Source of the DNA: Planctomycetota bacterium
Lineage (GTDB): Bacteria; Planctomycetota; UBA8108; UBA1146
NCBI GenBank assembly: GCA_028825265.1
Contig: JAPKAM010000001.1
Location: 386 to 64,385, forward strand
Direction: 5' to 3'
DNA length: 64,000 bases
Below the pieces are notes generated by a model that did not search any database, was not told the DNA's origin, and was given only the letters and a program-made list of their open reading frames with translations. Positions 9,820 through 19,432 of this stretch are shown here, in pieces; position 1 is the first letter of the stretch, and every line of letters starts with the position of its first letter. The position numbers and the translations under genes are program-made.

Positions 9820-11034
9820 ATGCCAATCTACTCCTACCAGGCCGTCGATAGCCGTGGTCGCAACAAGAAGGGTACCATCGATGCCGATACGGCACGCGAT
9901 GGCCGCGACAAGTTGCGTCATCAGAAACTCCGCGTCACGAAGATGCAGAGGATCGATGCCATCGCTCGTGGAGGTGGGACTGCCGGCCGCTTCCAATTGC
10001 AGCGCAAGGCCAATATTCGTGACCTGGCCATCCTGACGCGACAGTTTTCCACTCTTCTCGCTTCCGGAGTTCACCTCTCGGAAGCGTTGACAGTTCTGGT
10101 GGAGCAGATCGAGGATCGAAGGATGGAAGTAATCTTTCGCGACATTCGCGAGAAGATCACTTCGGGAACGGGACTGGCGGATGCATTTTCACTGCACCCT
10201 GCATACTTCAGTGATCTCTACATCAACATGGTCCGGGCCGGTGAGGCGAGCGGGAACCTCGATGAGGTGCTATTGAGTCTCGCGAACTACCTGCAAAAAC
10301 AAGCATCCATCCGTGGGAAGATCTCCGCAGCACTGACCTACCCAGCGATCATGGTGATGGTCGGAATCATGGTCGTGTCCTTCTTGATGACCTTCGTTGT
10401 GCCAAAGATCACCGAGATGCTGCTCAAGAAGGGCAATGTCTTGCCCCGCCCCACCGAGATCCTGATCTTCATCAGTGACATGTTCAAGGCGTACTGGTTG
10501 CCGGGAATGATCTTCGCCCTGATTGCGATGGTCTTCTTCAGGGCCTTGATCGCTACCGAGAAGGGGCGGTTGATGTACGACACCTTCCTGCTGAAAATCC
10601 CGGTCATCGGATCCCTCTTGCAACGATCCGCCATCTCTAGATTTACAGTAACCCTGTCCATTCTGCTCAAGAGTGGACTGCCGGCCCTCGACGCCCTGAA
10701 CATCGTTGGAAAGGTCGTCAACAACGCACTGATGGCCAAGACCCTCGCTCAGGTTGCAGACCGAATCGTTGAAGGTGCTGACATCTCCACGCCACTCAAG
10801 AAATCCAAGATGTTTCCGCCCATGGTAGGCTACATGATCGCCGTTGGAGAGCAGAGTGGAGAACTCGAAAGCGTACTCGATCGGATCTCAGAGGCTTACG
10901 AGGAAGAGATCGATCTCTCCATACAGCGTCTGACAGCCATGGTCGAGCCGGTCATCATCGTACTACTCGCGGTGGCCGTTGGATTCATCGTCATGGCCGT
11001 ACTGTTACCACTATTGCAGTTCAACAACCTGTAA
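9820..11034 (+). CDS. gspF: Type II secretion inner-membrane platform protein GspF
   Basis: Two GspF/PilC-type repeats with three TM segments. Typical segments EALTVLVEQIED..., GEASGNLDEVL, and C-terminal VEPVIIVLLAVAVGFIVMAVLLPLLQF. Confidence 0.9.
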   Translation: MPIYSYQAVDSRGRNKKGTIDADTARDGRDKLRHQKLRVTKMQRIDAIARGGGTAGRFQLQRKANIRDLAILTRQFSTLLASGVHLSEALTVLVEQIEDRRMEVIFRDIREKITSGTGLADAFSLHPAYFSDLYINMVRAGEASGNLDEVLLSLANYLQKQASIRGKISAALTYPAIMVMVGIMVVSFLMTFVVPKITEMLLKKGNVLPRPTEILIFISDMFKAYWLPGMIFALIAMVFFRALIATEKGRLMYDTFLLKIPVIGSLLQRSAISRFTVTLSILLKSGLPALDALNIVGKVVNNALMAKTLAQVADRIVEGADISTPLKKSKMFPPMVGYMIAVGEQSGELESVLDRISEAYEEEIDLSIQRLTAMVEPVIIVLLAVAVGFIVMAVLLPLLQFNNL

Positions 11035-11081
11035 AACCTTCCCGGCAATTCCGGGATGAAATTAATGATTAGGAGGCGGCC

Positions 11082-11501
11082 ATGAACCGTCGAGAGCACA
11101 AACCGACAGCGGGATTTTCGCTGATCGAATTGATTGTCGTTATCACGATTCTAGGAATCCTTGCCAGCACCGTGGTAGTGAGCGTGTTCGGCCGATCGGA
11201 CCAGGCGAGAGTCGCCGCCGTTCGCGCAGACTTCAGCAGCATCATGACCGCTTCACGATTGTTCAGGGAAGACCACAAGCGTTGGCCTGACAACATCGAG
11301 GAATTGCTTTCTCCGCCAGCCACTCAAAACGGTTCCAATATCGATTACCTCTCTTCAGAGCCTCTCGATCCATGGACCCTCGAGTACTACTACTACGAGT
11401 TGGGTGATCGGGGTCCGCTTCTCATCTCCTTCGGAGCCGATGGCATCGAAGGTGGTGATGAGTACAACACCGATATCTACTCCGATGAGAGTGGACGCTG
11501 A
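11082..11501 (+). CDS. gspG: Major pseudopilin GspG
   Basis: Prepilin signal ...TAGFSLIELIVVITILGIL (G|F cleavage site, Glu+5). GspG hallmark ...DPWTLEYYYYELGDRGP...SFGADG. Confidence 0.9.
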   Translation: MNRREHKPTAGFSLIELIVVITILGILASTVVVSVFGRSDQARVAAVRADFSSIMTASRLFREDHKRWPDNIEELLSPPATQNGSNIDYLSSEPLDPWTLEYYYYELGDRGPLLISFGADGIEGGDEYNTDIYSDESGR

Positions 11502-11505
11502 GCTC

Positions 11506-12036
11506 ATGACTCGGCAAGCCACGACTGCAGGTTTCACCATGATCGAGTTGATCGTCGTCGTGACGATCCTCGGCCTGCTTGCATCGGTTGTGGCCCCGAG
11601 GCTTGACGGACTTTCACCCAAGTACCGCCTCCGATCCGGAGCCCGTACTGTCGGCCAGAATATCAGCTGGGCGCGAAGTCTCGGCGGCGGTGTCGGTGAA
11701 GAATACGTGATCCAGTACGATCTGGCCCAAAATTCCTTCACCATCGTCTTGCCTCCACAAGAAGATGAAGACCCCGAACTCGAGATCGACATGCGTCAGA
11801 CGATGGGAATTCTAACGCTTCCTGATGGGATCGAGATCAGCAAGATCATGCACCCCGATGGTGGATCCGATGCGTACGGAATTGTCGACATCACTCTCGA
11901 TGAGTACGGCACAACTGGATCTCACATCGTGATTCTGACCAATGAAAATAACCAATCGATTGCGGTCCACTTCGAGGCGATCATCGGCAGTATCCAGTAC
12001 AAGCCCGGCGACGAGGCGGAGTTCCCTCGATGGTAA
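11506..12036 (+). CDS. Minor pseudopilin (GspH-like by position)
   Basis: MTRQATTAGFTMIELIVVVTILGLLAS prepilin N-terminus. I place the start at ATG 11506; the track ORF 11404 would overlap gspG. Confidence 0.7.
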   Translation: MTRQATTAGFTMIELIVVVTILGLLASVVAPRLDGLSPKYRLRSGARTVGQNISWARSLGGGVGEEYVIQYDLAQNSFTIVLPPQEDEDPELEIDMRQTMGILTLPDGIEISKIMHPDGGSDAYGIVDITLDEYGTTGSHIVILTNENNQSIAVHFEAIIGSIQYKPGDEAEFPRW

Positions 12037-12503
12037 ATCATGACTCCAGGATGCTGAGCGCTCGGGATGGATTCACTCTCATCGAACTGGTGATGGCGTT
12101 GGCCATCATCGGCGGATCCTTCCTCACCCTGCTATACATGCGAACCGATGCCGTGGATCGAGCCTTCAACTACAATCATCAACGGTTGGTCGAACGTGTT
12201 GCGAGAGAATTACTGGATGAGGCGGCTTTTGGCATCTCGGAAGGGTTGGACGGAACGGCACAACTTCCTGGCAGCGACAGTTCTTCAACTGGCTGGCCCT
12301 GGTCCGCCATTGTGACGGATCTCTCCACCGAAGAGACCGGCCCACGACTGCTCGAGATCACCTTAACCCTCGAGTATCCGGGGCCCGATCTGATCAGTTC
12401 GGAAGAGTACGTCTTGACGACTCGAGTCTTAGTCGATGCCGATGATCCACTCGCCACCAATGCCCAGACTCTGAACTCTTATGATAATGGAGCGGGATTC
12501 TGA
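12030..12503 (+). CDS. Minor pseudopilin (GspI-like by position)
   Basis: ...SARDGFTLIELVMALAIIGGSFL prepilin N-terminus. Small size (157 aa). Confidence 0.65.
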   Translation: MVNHDSRMLSARDGFTLIELVMALAIIGGSFLTLLYMRTDAVDRAFNYNHQRLVERVARELLDEAAFGISEGLDGTAQLPGSDSSSTGWPWSAIVTDLSTEETGPRLLEITLTLEYPGPDLISSEEYVLTTRVLVDADDPLATNAQTLNSYDNGAGF

Positions 12504-13420
12504 TGTCACAAAAAGGATTCACCCTCATCGAACTGATCGTGGTACTGGGGATGTTCACCATCGTGATGTCGATGTGCTACACGATCCTCGACACCACCCT
12601 TGAGGCGGATCGAAGAATCCAGAAGGCCACTCTCACCGGCAAGGTTGGAGAGGCGATTCTCGGCCAGATGAGACGCGATCTTCAGGGCGTCGCCTGGCGT
12701 GGTCTCGGAACAGATGTTTTCCGTGGTGAAGATCGTGGCCAGGATGAGAATGCCGAGGACTCGATCGATTTCATCACCACTTCACCGGTGGCTGAGCCCT
12801 CAGAGGACACCCCCAACTGGACCGGAGAACTCAGTTCCATCGGCTACGCACTGCGACCAGGAAAAGATGGAGACAGCGTGCTGTTTCGCAGGATCTCGTG
12901 GGATCTGACCGAGGATTCTTTCGATTCCGGCGAGCGAAGTGCCATCTACGACCGAGTGATGGCTCTCAACTTCGAGTTCCTCGGAGAGGAGGGCGAGTGG
13001 CTCCAGGAGTGGGACGCCTCGACCTTGCTGCCGGACCAGAATCTGACCGACTTCCCCTACCTCGATGAGAGGGCGGCCATCGCAGCGATGGAAGCGGAGG
13101 AAGCGAGTGGGTCAGGCGGCGCGACCGGCGCATCGGGCACGGAGACCGGCACGGCGCCAGGATCGGTCCTGCAGCCGGGTGATATCGACCCCGCAACTGG
13201 CGAGGAGATCGTCGAGGAGCCGCTCCCACGACCTCTCCCCAGGGCTGTCCGCATCGTTCTTTACCTGCACTACAGCAATGAACAGGGACAGATCCTCAAC
13301 AACGATGGAACCCCGTTTGAGGAAGTTTTTTCGACCATCATCCCCTTGCTCTCTGCGGAGCAGATCCTGGTCGAGGATCCTGCATCCTTGCTGCTCGAGG
13401 GGAGCAACAGCAGCTTCTGA
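12503..13420 (+). CDS. Minor pseudopilin (GspJ-like by position) with acidic low-complexity C-terminal region
   Basis: MSQKGFTLIELIVVLGMFTIV prepilin N-terminus. Follows the GspI-like gene with a 1-nt overlap. Confidence 0.65.
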   Translation: MSQKGFTLIELIVVLGMFTIVMSMCYTILDTTLEADRRIQKATLTGKVGEAILGQMRRDLQGVAWRGLGTDVFRGEDRGQDENAEDSIDFITTSPVAEPSEDTPNWTGELSSIGYALRPGKDGDSVLFRRISWDLTEDSFDSGERSAIYDRVMALNFEFLGEEGEWLQEWDASTLLPDQNLTDFPYLDERAAIAAMEAEEASGSGGATGASGTETGTAPGSVLQPGDIDPATGEEIVEEPLPRPLPRAVRIVLYLHYSNEQGQILNNDGTPFEEVFSTIIPLLSAEQILVEDPASLLLEGSNSSF

Positions 13421-13451
13421 CAACACGACCCCACCGAATGCATCAATGGAG

Positions 13452-13530
13452 GGGCCTCCGGAAGGATATGGCAAGAACTCGGATTGCGTGATCCCCAGGT
13501 TCGAGCCCCGGAGGCCCTACTTTTCTTCTC
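13452..13530 (+). terminator. Candidate complex terminator or structured RNA downstream of the gspD-J operon
   Basis: 10-bp perfect inverted repeat GGGCCTCCGG (13452-13461) / CCGGAGGCCC (13508-13517) encloses ~46 nt. It is followed by TACTTTTCTTCTCC (U-rich). Confidence 0.35.
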
Positions 13531-13653
13531 CAGATGCTCCTAGACGTACCTACAGCGGTAGAAGAGTATTTGACAGAGGGCCCTGCAACTGTGCCAAAAT
13601 CGCACATGCCCCCTCCCTAGGGCCCCATTCAAGCCTCTCCAGAGGCCCCTTTT

Positions 13654-13670
13654 TGGCACTGATGATGCTC
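13654..13670 (+). promoter_or_regulatory. Candidate sigma-54 promoter (TGGCAC-N5-ATGCT)
   Basis: TGGCACTGATGATGCTC. Perfect -24 hexamer TGGCAC at 13654-13659. GC at 13667-13668 is 10 nt after the GG. It is oriented toward the Kelch lipoprotein gene, ~450-530 nt away. Confidence 0.3.
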
Positions 13671-13730
13671 TCTATCAACTGGAGAGGGTCTTGCCGAGAG
13701 ATCGATTTGGAAATCGACTTTAGACAGCCT

Positions 13731-13870
13731 TCATCGACCTAGCAGCCATCGACCTAGCAGCCATCGACCTGGCGGCGACGGTGGACAGGGTTGCGCCGGA
13801 GAACTACAATCCGCCACTTGAGGAGAAGGTACTCCTGGAACTGAAGATACTCCTGGAACTAACGAGGAAC
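13731..13870. repeat. Short tandem repeats in an intergenic region
   Basis: AGCAGCCATCGACCT occurs in ~2.5 copies at 13735-13775. TACTCCTGGAACT x2 and GAACTAACG x2 occur at 13822-13870. Confidence 0.7.
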
Positions 13871-14116
13871 TAACGGGCCTAGGGCATCGAGCCTCGGGCG
13901 CGGTTACGGGAAATCGTGTATCGCTGGTCTGATTCGTGGTCTGCGGGGTTCCTGCCCCGACCGTTACCCGTGAAATCGCGGGCGGTCTGCAGGACAGGAC
14001 CAGATCAGATTTTACATTCTCGTCGATGAGCATCGGCAAACGATGGCGTCAAACTGAGCCCCACTTCGTATTGAGTTTGGCGACCGTCGGTCGCCACTTG
14101 GAAAGAGCAGAAACGC

Positions 14117-16018
14117 ATGAGCCCCCACGTCAGATCTCATCCGGAGTTTCACGGCTTCACCGATCGTCAAACCTCTCACTTCAGATGGATGGGTCTACTC
14201 ACCATCTGCCTTCCTATGCTGCTGGGATTCGTCGGATGTCACGGAGACATCAGCTCGGTTCCAAACATCAACAACGCTGCTGCGTTCCTCGAAGATAATG
14301 CGACATACATCGGCCCTTCGATGGTTTCTCCGCGTTATGGACACACGGCGACCACTCTTGAAGACGGAACCGTACTGGTGGTCGGTGGAAGTGATGAGAG
14401 ATTCCTCACCTCCCTCGATGTTTCAGAGATTTTTGACCAAGGAGCCAGTGTCGGTCTCAACCAAGCGATTCCCGACACGGTTTCCGGAGACTTCATCGAT
14501 ACCGATGTCGAGGGCAATCTGATGCTGCTCGCCCAAGGTGGCCGAGTCTTCCATACCTCCACCCTGCTACCCAACGGCAATGTGTTTATCTGCGGTGGAA
14601 CCGGAGATGCCCTGTTTGCCCAGGCCACCGAGGTGTCCGAGATCTACGACATCAGCAGTCGTGAATTTGCCCCGGATTTCCTCCAGTTGAACCAGGACAT
14701 GTCCATTCCGCGATTCCGCCACAGCGCCACTCTCCTGCCCAACGGCCGAGTTCTGATCGCTGGAGGCCAGGAATCAAGGTCAGAGACGATCATCGATCCG
14801 AATTTCGCACCGGGCCAACCCGGTTTCCAGGTCGATATCAACGTCTTCCCCTCTCTCAAGTCGATGGAGATTTTCGATCCCGGAGCCCTCGCCTTCATCC
14901 CCGCCATCTCGGCCAACGGTGACGATGCCGAATTCCTCAGTGCACGCGGTCGGGCGGGACACAGCATGCAAGGATTGGCTGGATTTGATGGGCTTCTGGG
15001 AACCACCGATGACATCCTCCTCAGTGCCGGGGGATTCCAGACTCTCTCGACCATCTTCGCTCCACAGTTCAAGATGCCATGGCAGCAGGACACCAGTAAC
15101 TCGGCCAATTTCGAGTACTTCGATGCCACCACAGGAGATAACCGGATCGCCGCGGGCATCGTCGCCGCTGAACGTGTCAACCAACCACAAATCATCAACC
15201 TGGGTATCCATCGCAGGTCGACCCTGGAGTTCGACTTTGATCCCGAGGATGGAATTATCGACATCCCCTCGATCGATGGATTGAACAATATCGTCCTGAT
15301 TGCAAATGGTGACAACGACGATCCTGCTTGCCCCACTGGTAGTGGAAGCAACGATCTACTGGTCGCCACTTTCAGCAATTTCGGACCTTCCAACGGACTG
15401 ACCTTTTCCCTCTTTGGCGGTGAGGCCACACTCTTCAACAACATCGAGTTGATCGTCTTCGACCCGATGAACTGTGCGTCCTTCTCTCGTAGTGAGGCAG
15501 ACCTGGTTCAGGTGCAAACTCGTCGGACTTACAATGGAGTAACGATCGCCACGACCGTTGGATTGAGCGCCGGCGGAGCCTTCGAACTTCCCACGCCCAA
15601 TGGTTGTGTCGAGTTGATGCAGGGTACCTGCGCCAACGGAATCGTCGGCGTGAGCATTTACGATCCGTTCTACAATGCGGCGAATGACCCCCCCTGGGAT
15701 CCGACCGACAACATCAATCCGATCACGCACCCGACTGGTATCTTCGGCACCTTCATCAACGTCGATGGAGTGATCGCGGATGACACCTTCGATGGGTTCG
15801 CCGACGGAAGCCTCCTGATCGCTCTGGCGCAGGCAAAGGTGCTTCACACTTTGAGTGTGGTTCCAGGTGAAGATGGCGTCCTCAACAGTGTCGATGACCG
15901 GGTCGTGTCGATCGGGGGCGGCGTCAGCTACTTCCCGAACTTTGGCGATGAACCGGCCACCATCAACTGCGAAGTGATCATGCTGCCAGGAACCAATGCG
16001 ACGAATCCGACTCCGTAA
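14117..16018 (+). CDS. Kelch-repeat beta-propeller lipoprotein
   Basis: The probable true start is M at 14189 (MGLLTICLPMLLGFVGC, lipobox LGFVGC). Kelch-type repeats: RYGHTATTLEDGTVLVVGG, FHTSTLLPNGNVFICGG, RFRHSATLLPNGRVLIAGG. Confidence 0.75.
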   Translation: MSPHVRSHPEFHGFTDRQTSHFRWMGLLTICLPMLLGFVGCHGDISSVPNINNAAAFLEDNATYIGPSMVSPRYGHTATTLEDGTVLVVGGSDERFLTSLDVSEIFDQGASVGLNQAIPDTVSGDFIDTDVEGNLMLLAQGGRVFHTSTLLPNGNVFICGGTGDALFAQATEVSEIYDISSREFAPDFLQLNQDMSIPRFRHSATLLPNGRVLIAGGQESRSETIIDPNFAPGQPGFQVDINVFPSLKSMEIFDPGALAFIPAISANGDDAEFLSARGRAGHSMQGLAGFDGLLGTTDDILLSAGGFQTLSTIFAPQFKMPWQQDTSNSANFEYFDATTGDNRIAAGIVAAERVNQPQIINLGIHRRSTLEFDFDPEDGIIDIPSIDGLNNIVLIANGDNDDPACPTGSGSNDLLVATFSNFGPSNGLTFSLFGGEATLFNNIELIVFDPMNCASFSRSEADLVQVQTRRTYNGVTIATTVGLSAGGAFELPTPNGCVELMQGTCANGIVGVSIYDPFYNAANDPPWDPTDNINPITHPTGIFGTFINVDGVIADDTFDGFADGSLLIALAQAKVLHTLSVVPGEDGVLNSVDDRVVSIGGGVSYFPNFGDEPATINCEVIMLPGTNATNPTP

Positions 16019-17141
16019 CTCGAAGCTGATCGACCGCTCACCTCATCGGCTTCCGGTGAAGTCCACCTCGAGGATTCGAGGATGGGGTCAATCGGGTCGC
16101 GTCCACAGCGCCATCCCCACCGTGCTCGCTCTGGTGGCTCTCGGCTGGGTGCTGGCGTACCTGTGGATCCCGACCCGATCACCTCAAACCAGCAGTCCCC
16201 AGACTGGGGTCACAGAAGTGATCCAGAAGAATCGATCGGGATCCCCGGCCACCGACTCCACCGGAACCACAGCTTCGGAAGCCCTCTCCCCACTCGACTC
16301 CCTCTCGCCGCAGATGAGAACCATTCGCGAGCAGTTGGACCGCTTGTTTCTTAAGACACAATGGAATCAAGCGATGGACGCGTCCACCGCTCACAGGGTG
16401 GCTCGAGCTCGTGAAGACCTGGAATCCTATCTCGATTCGCTCGCAGAAGAACATGTCCCGCTGCTGCTGGGCTTGCTGGCAGAAGAACCCGATTTCATCA
16501 ACCGCCGCTTCTTGCTTCGAGCGCTCGGGAAGATCGGGAACGATGAAGCTCTCGCAGGACTGCTGGATCATTTCAACTGGGCTGCAGGAAACTCCAAGGA
16601 AAGCGAAGTCAAGCACACCGTGGCGGCCCTCGCGGCAGCCAACAATGACCGATCTTTCCAGATTCTGAGCGACTACGCTGTCGCGGAGGAGACCGAAACC
16701 CACCGCTATCGATTTGTCGGTGCTCTCACCCAGCACTCGAGATCCGCCGATGCGATCGGGATCTACTCGGAGTTACTGACCGATTCTTCGCACTTCAGAG
16801 TGCGCCAGCGAGCCGCTTTTGGGATGAAGATCTCGGGCGGGATCGCACAGGCTCATGAGGTAGAAACAGCCCTTGTGGATGAGGGCAATCCATACGTTCG
16901 ACAATCATTCCTGGGGGCTCTCGGAGGCATACGAGATGTACGATCGGTTCCCCTGGTTAGCCGTATCCTGCAAGGGGATGAGGTTCTGGCCACCCGCGTC
17001 TCTGCAGTCAGGGCCTTGCTTCGCATCGAGGGAGATGCGGTGGTAGACGCCTTGAGGGCTGCCCGCGATGACATTTCTCAGCCACAGAGGGTCCACGAAG
17101 AAGTGCTCCGAGCCCTCGATTCGTTGGGAATCTCTGGCTAA
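15996..17141 (+). CDS. HEAT/PBS-lyase-type repeat protein with N-terminal membrane anchor
   Basis: TM segment IPTVLALVALGWVLAYLWI. Repeated ...RxxAxxALGxIG... units: RRFLLRALGKIGNDEAL, VRQRAAFGMKI, VRQSFLGALGGIRDVRSVPLVSRIL, RVSAVRALLRI. The start is uncertain (ATG 15996 overlaps the upstream gene; GTG 16057 is an alternative). Confidence 0.65.
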   Translation: MRRIRLRNSKLIDRSPHRLPVKSTSRIRGWGQSGRVHSAIPTVLALVALGWVLAYLWIPTRSPQTSSPQTGVTEVIQKNRSGSPATDSTGTTASEALSPLDSLSPQMRTIREQLDRLFLKTQWNQAMDASTAHRVARAREDLESYLDSLAEEHVPLLLGLLAEEPDFINRRFLLRALGKIGNDEALAGLLDHFNWAAGNSKESEVKHTVAALAAANNDRSFQILSDYAVAEETETHRYRFVGALTQHSRSADAIGIYSELLTDSSHFRVRQRAAFGMKISGGIAQAHEVETALVDEGNPYVRQSFLGALGGIRDVRSVPLVSRILQGDEVLATRVSAVRALLRIEGDAVVDALRAARDDISQPQRVHEEVLRALDSLGISG

Positions 17142-17256
17142 CGGGTCCGAGGCACTCTTGAGAATCGGCCGCTGCGATGTCACGATCCTACTCATGGCAG
17201 GACCCCGGTGCCTTCAGCACTGGATCACATCCCCAGAAGATGCAAGGAGAGGCTCG

Positions 17257-19401
17257 ATGATCTGGCAACTTTGGAAGCCACCATCATCTCCATCTCCGAT
17301 CGGACTGCTGCTGCCCCCGCTGCTTCTCCTGCTGCTGCTCGGTGTCATCGGCTGTCAACCGACCTCTCATCCGGCACTGATCTCGGCACGGATCGACGGC
17401 CTTCTCGAAGACGGGCTGGGTGAAGGAGATCAGATCATCCTGGTCCTCGATGCTGCGCTGGAACTGACTGCAAGCCCCCGCGTCGGTCTGATGATCGAGG
17501 GCGCCACGGGCTCGGAACAGTACTCGTTTCACAGTACAGAGGACCACAATGTACTCATCGTCGAACTCGAATCGGGGTTTGACCATCTCGACCTGATCAA
17601 TTCCGATCGCTCCGTGCTGGTCTCCCTGGACCTTGGCTTGCTGGGTCTCAAGGACGACCTTGGACAACCCCTCGAAGGTGTGGTGGGACCGGCGATTCTG
17701 CAACTCCCTGTGGCAGAACCGGCGATTCTTGAGGATGCCCGCTGGATCGATTCCGATCGCAGCTCCACCGTCAATCGGGAAGACTTGCTAGTGCTTCGCT
17801 GGAATCAACCGGTCCACTTCTCGCAGACCCTACGAGATCGCAAACTCCAGATCTCACCCAGTCTGATTCGACTTTCGGTAAAAGGGGATCAGCTGGGATC
17901 TAGCAGGATTCCTGCTCGTTTCCTCGATGGTCCTTCCTCCAGAGAAACCAGCATCCTGCTGGGAGAACTTCCCTTTCTCACGATCGATGGGATGCACGAG
18001 CACAGTCGATCGAGATTTGAAGGCTCCCCCAGTGCCATCGCCGTGACGGGCACCACCATCTTACCCTCGCTGGATCTGGTCACCGATCAGGGAGGAGGGG
18101 TGGCTTCGCCGGTAGTGGTGGATCTGGAGGGAGAATGTGCACCCTGGCAAGACCTCGAATTACCTCCGGGGTTACCGGCGCTTGCGGGGCACTCTCTGAC
18201 TCGATTGCCAGGCGGCAAGGTACTGATCGCTGGTGGCCGAGCGCTGATGGCAGGATCCTCCGGAAGGGCGCTGGCCAGCGCCTGGATCATCGATCCACTA
18301 GGAAATCACCAGGGGCCCATCTCGATGCAAGCGGCGCGTGCCGACCACTGCGCGACTTTGCTCCCCGGAGTCGACGGGTTGCTGGAAACCAATGACGATC
18401 TGGTTCTGATCACCGGCGGCTGGGATGGATCTCGGGCTCGTGATGACGCCGAAGTACTGCTTTTTTCCGCTGAAAATAGCCACTTCATTCCGGTCGAAAC
18501 CAGTGCCCCTTCCAGTGCAAGATTCGATCACTCGGCCCATCCGATTGCTCAGTTGAACACCGTGATCCTGGTGGCTGGTCGCCTCGATGGAACTTTGAAC
18601 GGACTCATCGAACAGGTCGAGATTGAAATCCTCGACAGTGACACTGGACCGAAGGCGATCAGCACGACCTACCAGATCGGTGAGTTGCGCTATCCAAGGC
18701 ACCAGCATGGTTCGATTCTGTTCGAAGATTCCGAACAACCGCTGCTGCTACTCTATGGTGGCTACGGTGGATCCCTCGGTACTCCACACGTCCAGTTTGA
18801 TACGGAGCACTGCCGGGTCCTCGACAATCCTGAAGCATTTCGGATCCGTGCCGACTCCAGGACCACTCGTGCCCTCCTGATCGATGAGCCCGAGTTAAAC
18901 TTGCCGGGACCTCGTCGCGGCTTGCGGCTCCATTCGATTGGAGATAGTTCCTCCCAGGGAAACCGGGCCTTGCTGATCGCGGGAACACGCAGAGAACCCA
19001 ATCCGGATGCGTTGACCCCATTTCAACCGACCGAATGCAGGACCAGTTATCTTCTCGAGCAACAGGATACGAAATTCGGTCGCATCCGGTTGCGTTGGAT
19101 TCCAGCGGGCAGACTTCCGGTCGAACTCTACCAGCCCAGCATCGTGGGACTTCCTGGTGGCAGGATCCTGATCGCTGGTGGCTATGACCGCGGTGGACTT
19201 CCAACATCGGAAGCGGCGATCTACGACCCCTTCTCGGGAGTTGTGGAGCGGGTGTGCAAACCTCTCAGCAGAGAATCCGCCCAGGGCGAAGAATTGCTGC
19301 TAGCACCGCAGTCCGTCGCATTGTGGGGGGGAGCACTGATTATAGCCGCTTCGCCGGAAAGCCGCACCAGTCGGGCATTGCTGTTCAAGTCAGGAAACTG
19401 A
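17257..19401 (+). CDS. Kelch-repeat beta-propeller lipoprotein, paralog of the 14189 gene
   Basis: Start M at 17257 (MIWQLWKPP...LLLLLLLGVIGCQ, lipobox). Kelch-like repeats: LTRLPGGKVLIAGG, HCATLLPG..VLITGGWDG, RHQHGSILFEDSEQPLLLLYGGYGG, LPGGRILIAGGYD. Confidence 0.75.
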   Translation: MIWQLWKPPSSPSPIGLLLPPLLLLLLLGVIGCQPTSHPALISARIDGLLEDGLGEGDQIILVLDAALELTASPRVGLMIEGATGSEQYSFHSTEDHNVLIVELESGFDHLDLINSDRSVLVSLDLGLLGLKDDLGQPLEGVVGPAILQLPVAEPAILEDARWIDSDRSSTVNREDLLVLRWNQPVHFSQTLRDRKLQISPSLIRLSVKGDQLGSSRIPARFLDGPSSRETSILLGELPFLTIDGMHEHSRSRFEGSPSAIAVTGTTILPSLDLVTDQGGGVASPVVVDLEGECAPWQDLELPPGLPALAGHSLTRLPGGKVLIAGGRALMAGSSGRALASAWIIDPLGNHQGPISMQAARADHCATLLPGVDGLLETNDDLVLITGGWDGSRARDDAEVLLFSAENSHFIPVETSAPSSARFDHSAHPIAQLNTVILVAGRLDGTLNGLIEQVEIEILDSDTGPKAISTTYQIGELRYPRHQHGSILFEDSEQPLLLLYGGYGGSLGTPHVQFDTEHCRVLDNPEAFRIRADSRTTRALLIDEPELNLPGPRRGLRLHSIGDSSSQGNRALLIAGTRREPNPDALTPFQPTECRTSYLLEQQDTKFGRIRLRWIPAGRLPVELYQPSIVGLPGGRILIAGGYDRGGLPTSEAAIYDPFSGVVERVCKPLSRESAQGEELLLAPQSVALWGGALIIAASPESRTSRALLFKSGN

Positions 19402-19432
19402 TCGGCATCAATTTCAGCGACCGTTCCTCAAC

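Noticed and set aside
13451-13520. tRNA-like element (GGTTCGAGCCCC T-loop-like, paired ends)
   Set aside because: It is ~69 nt with no D-arm complement and no 7-nt anticodon loop, and the T-stem is mismatched. More likely a terminator or structured hairpin.
13065-13742. 225-aa + ORF rich in Arg/Ser/Pro spanning the gspJ 3' end and intergenic hairpin
   Set aside because: It overlaps gspJ in another frame and runs through the terminator-like hairpin. It has the biased composition of high-GC noise.
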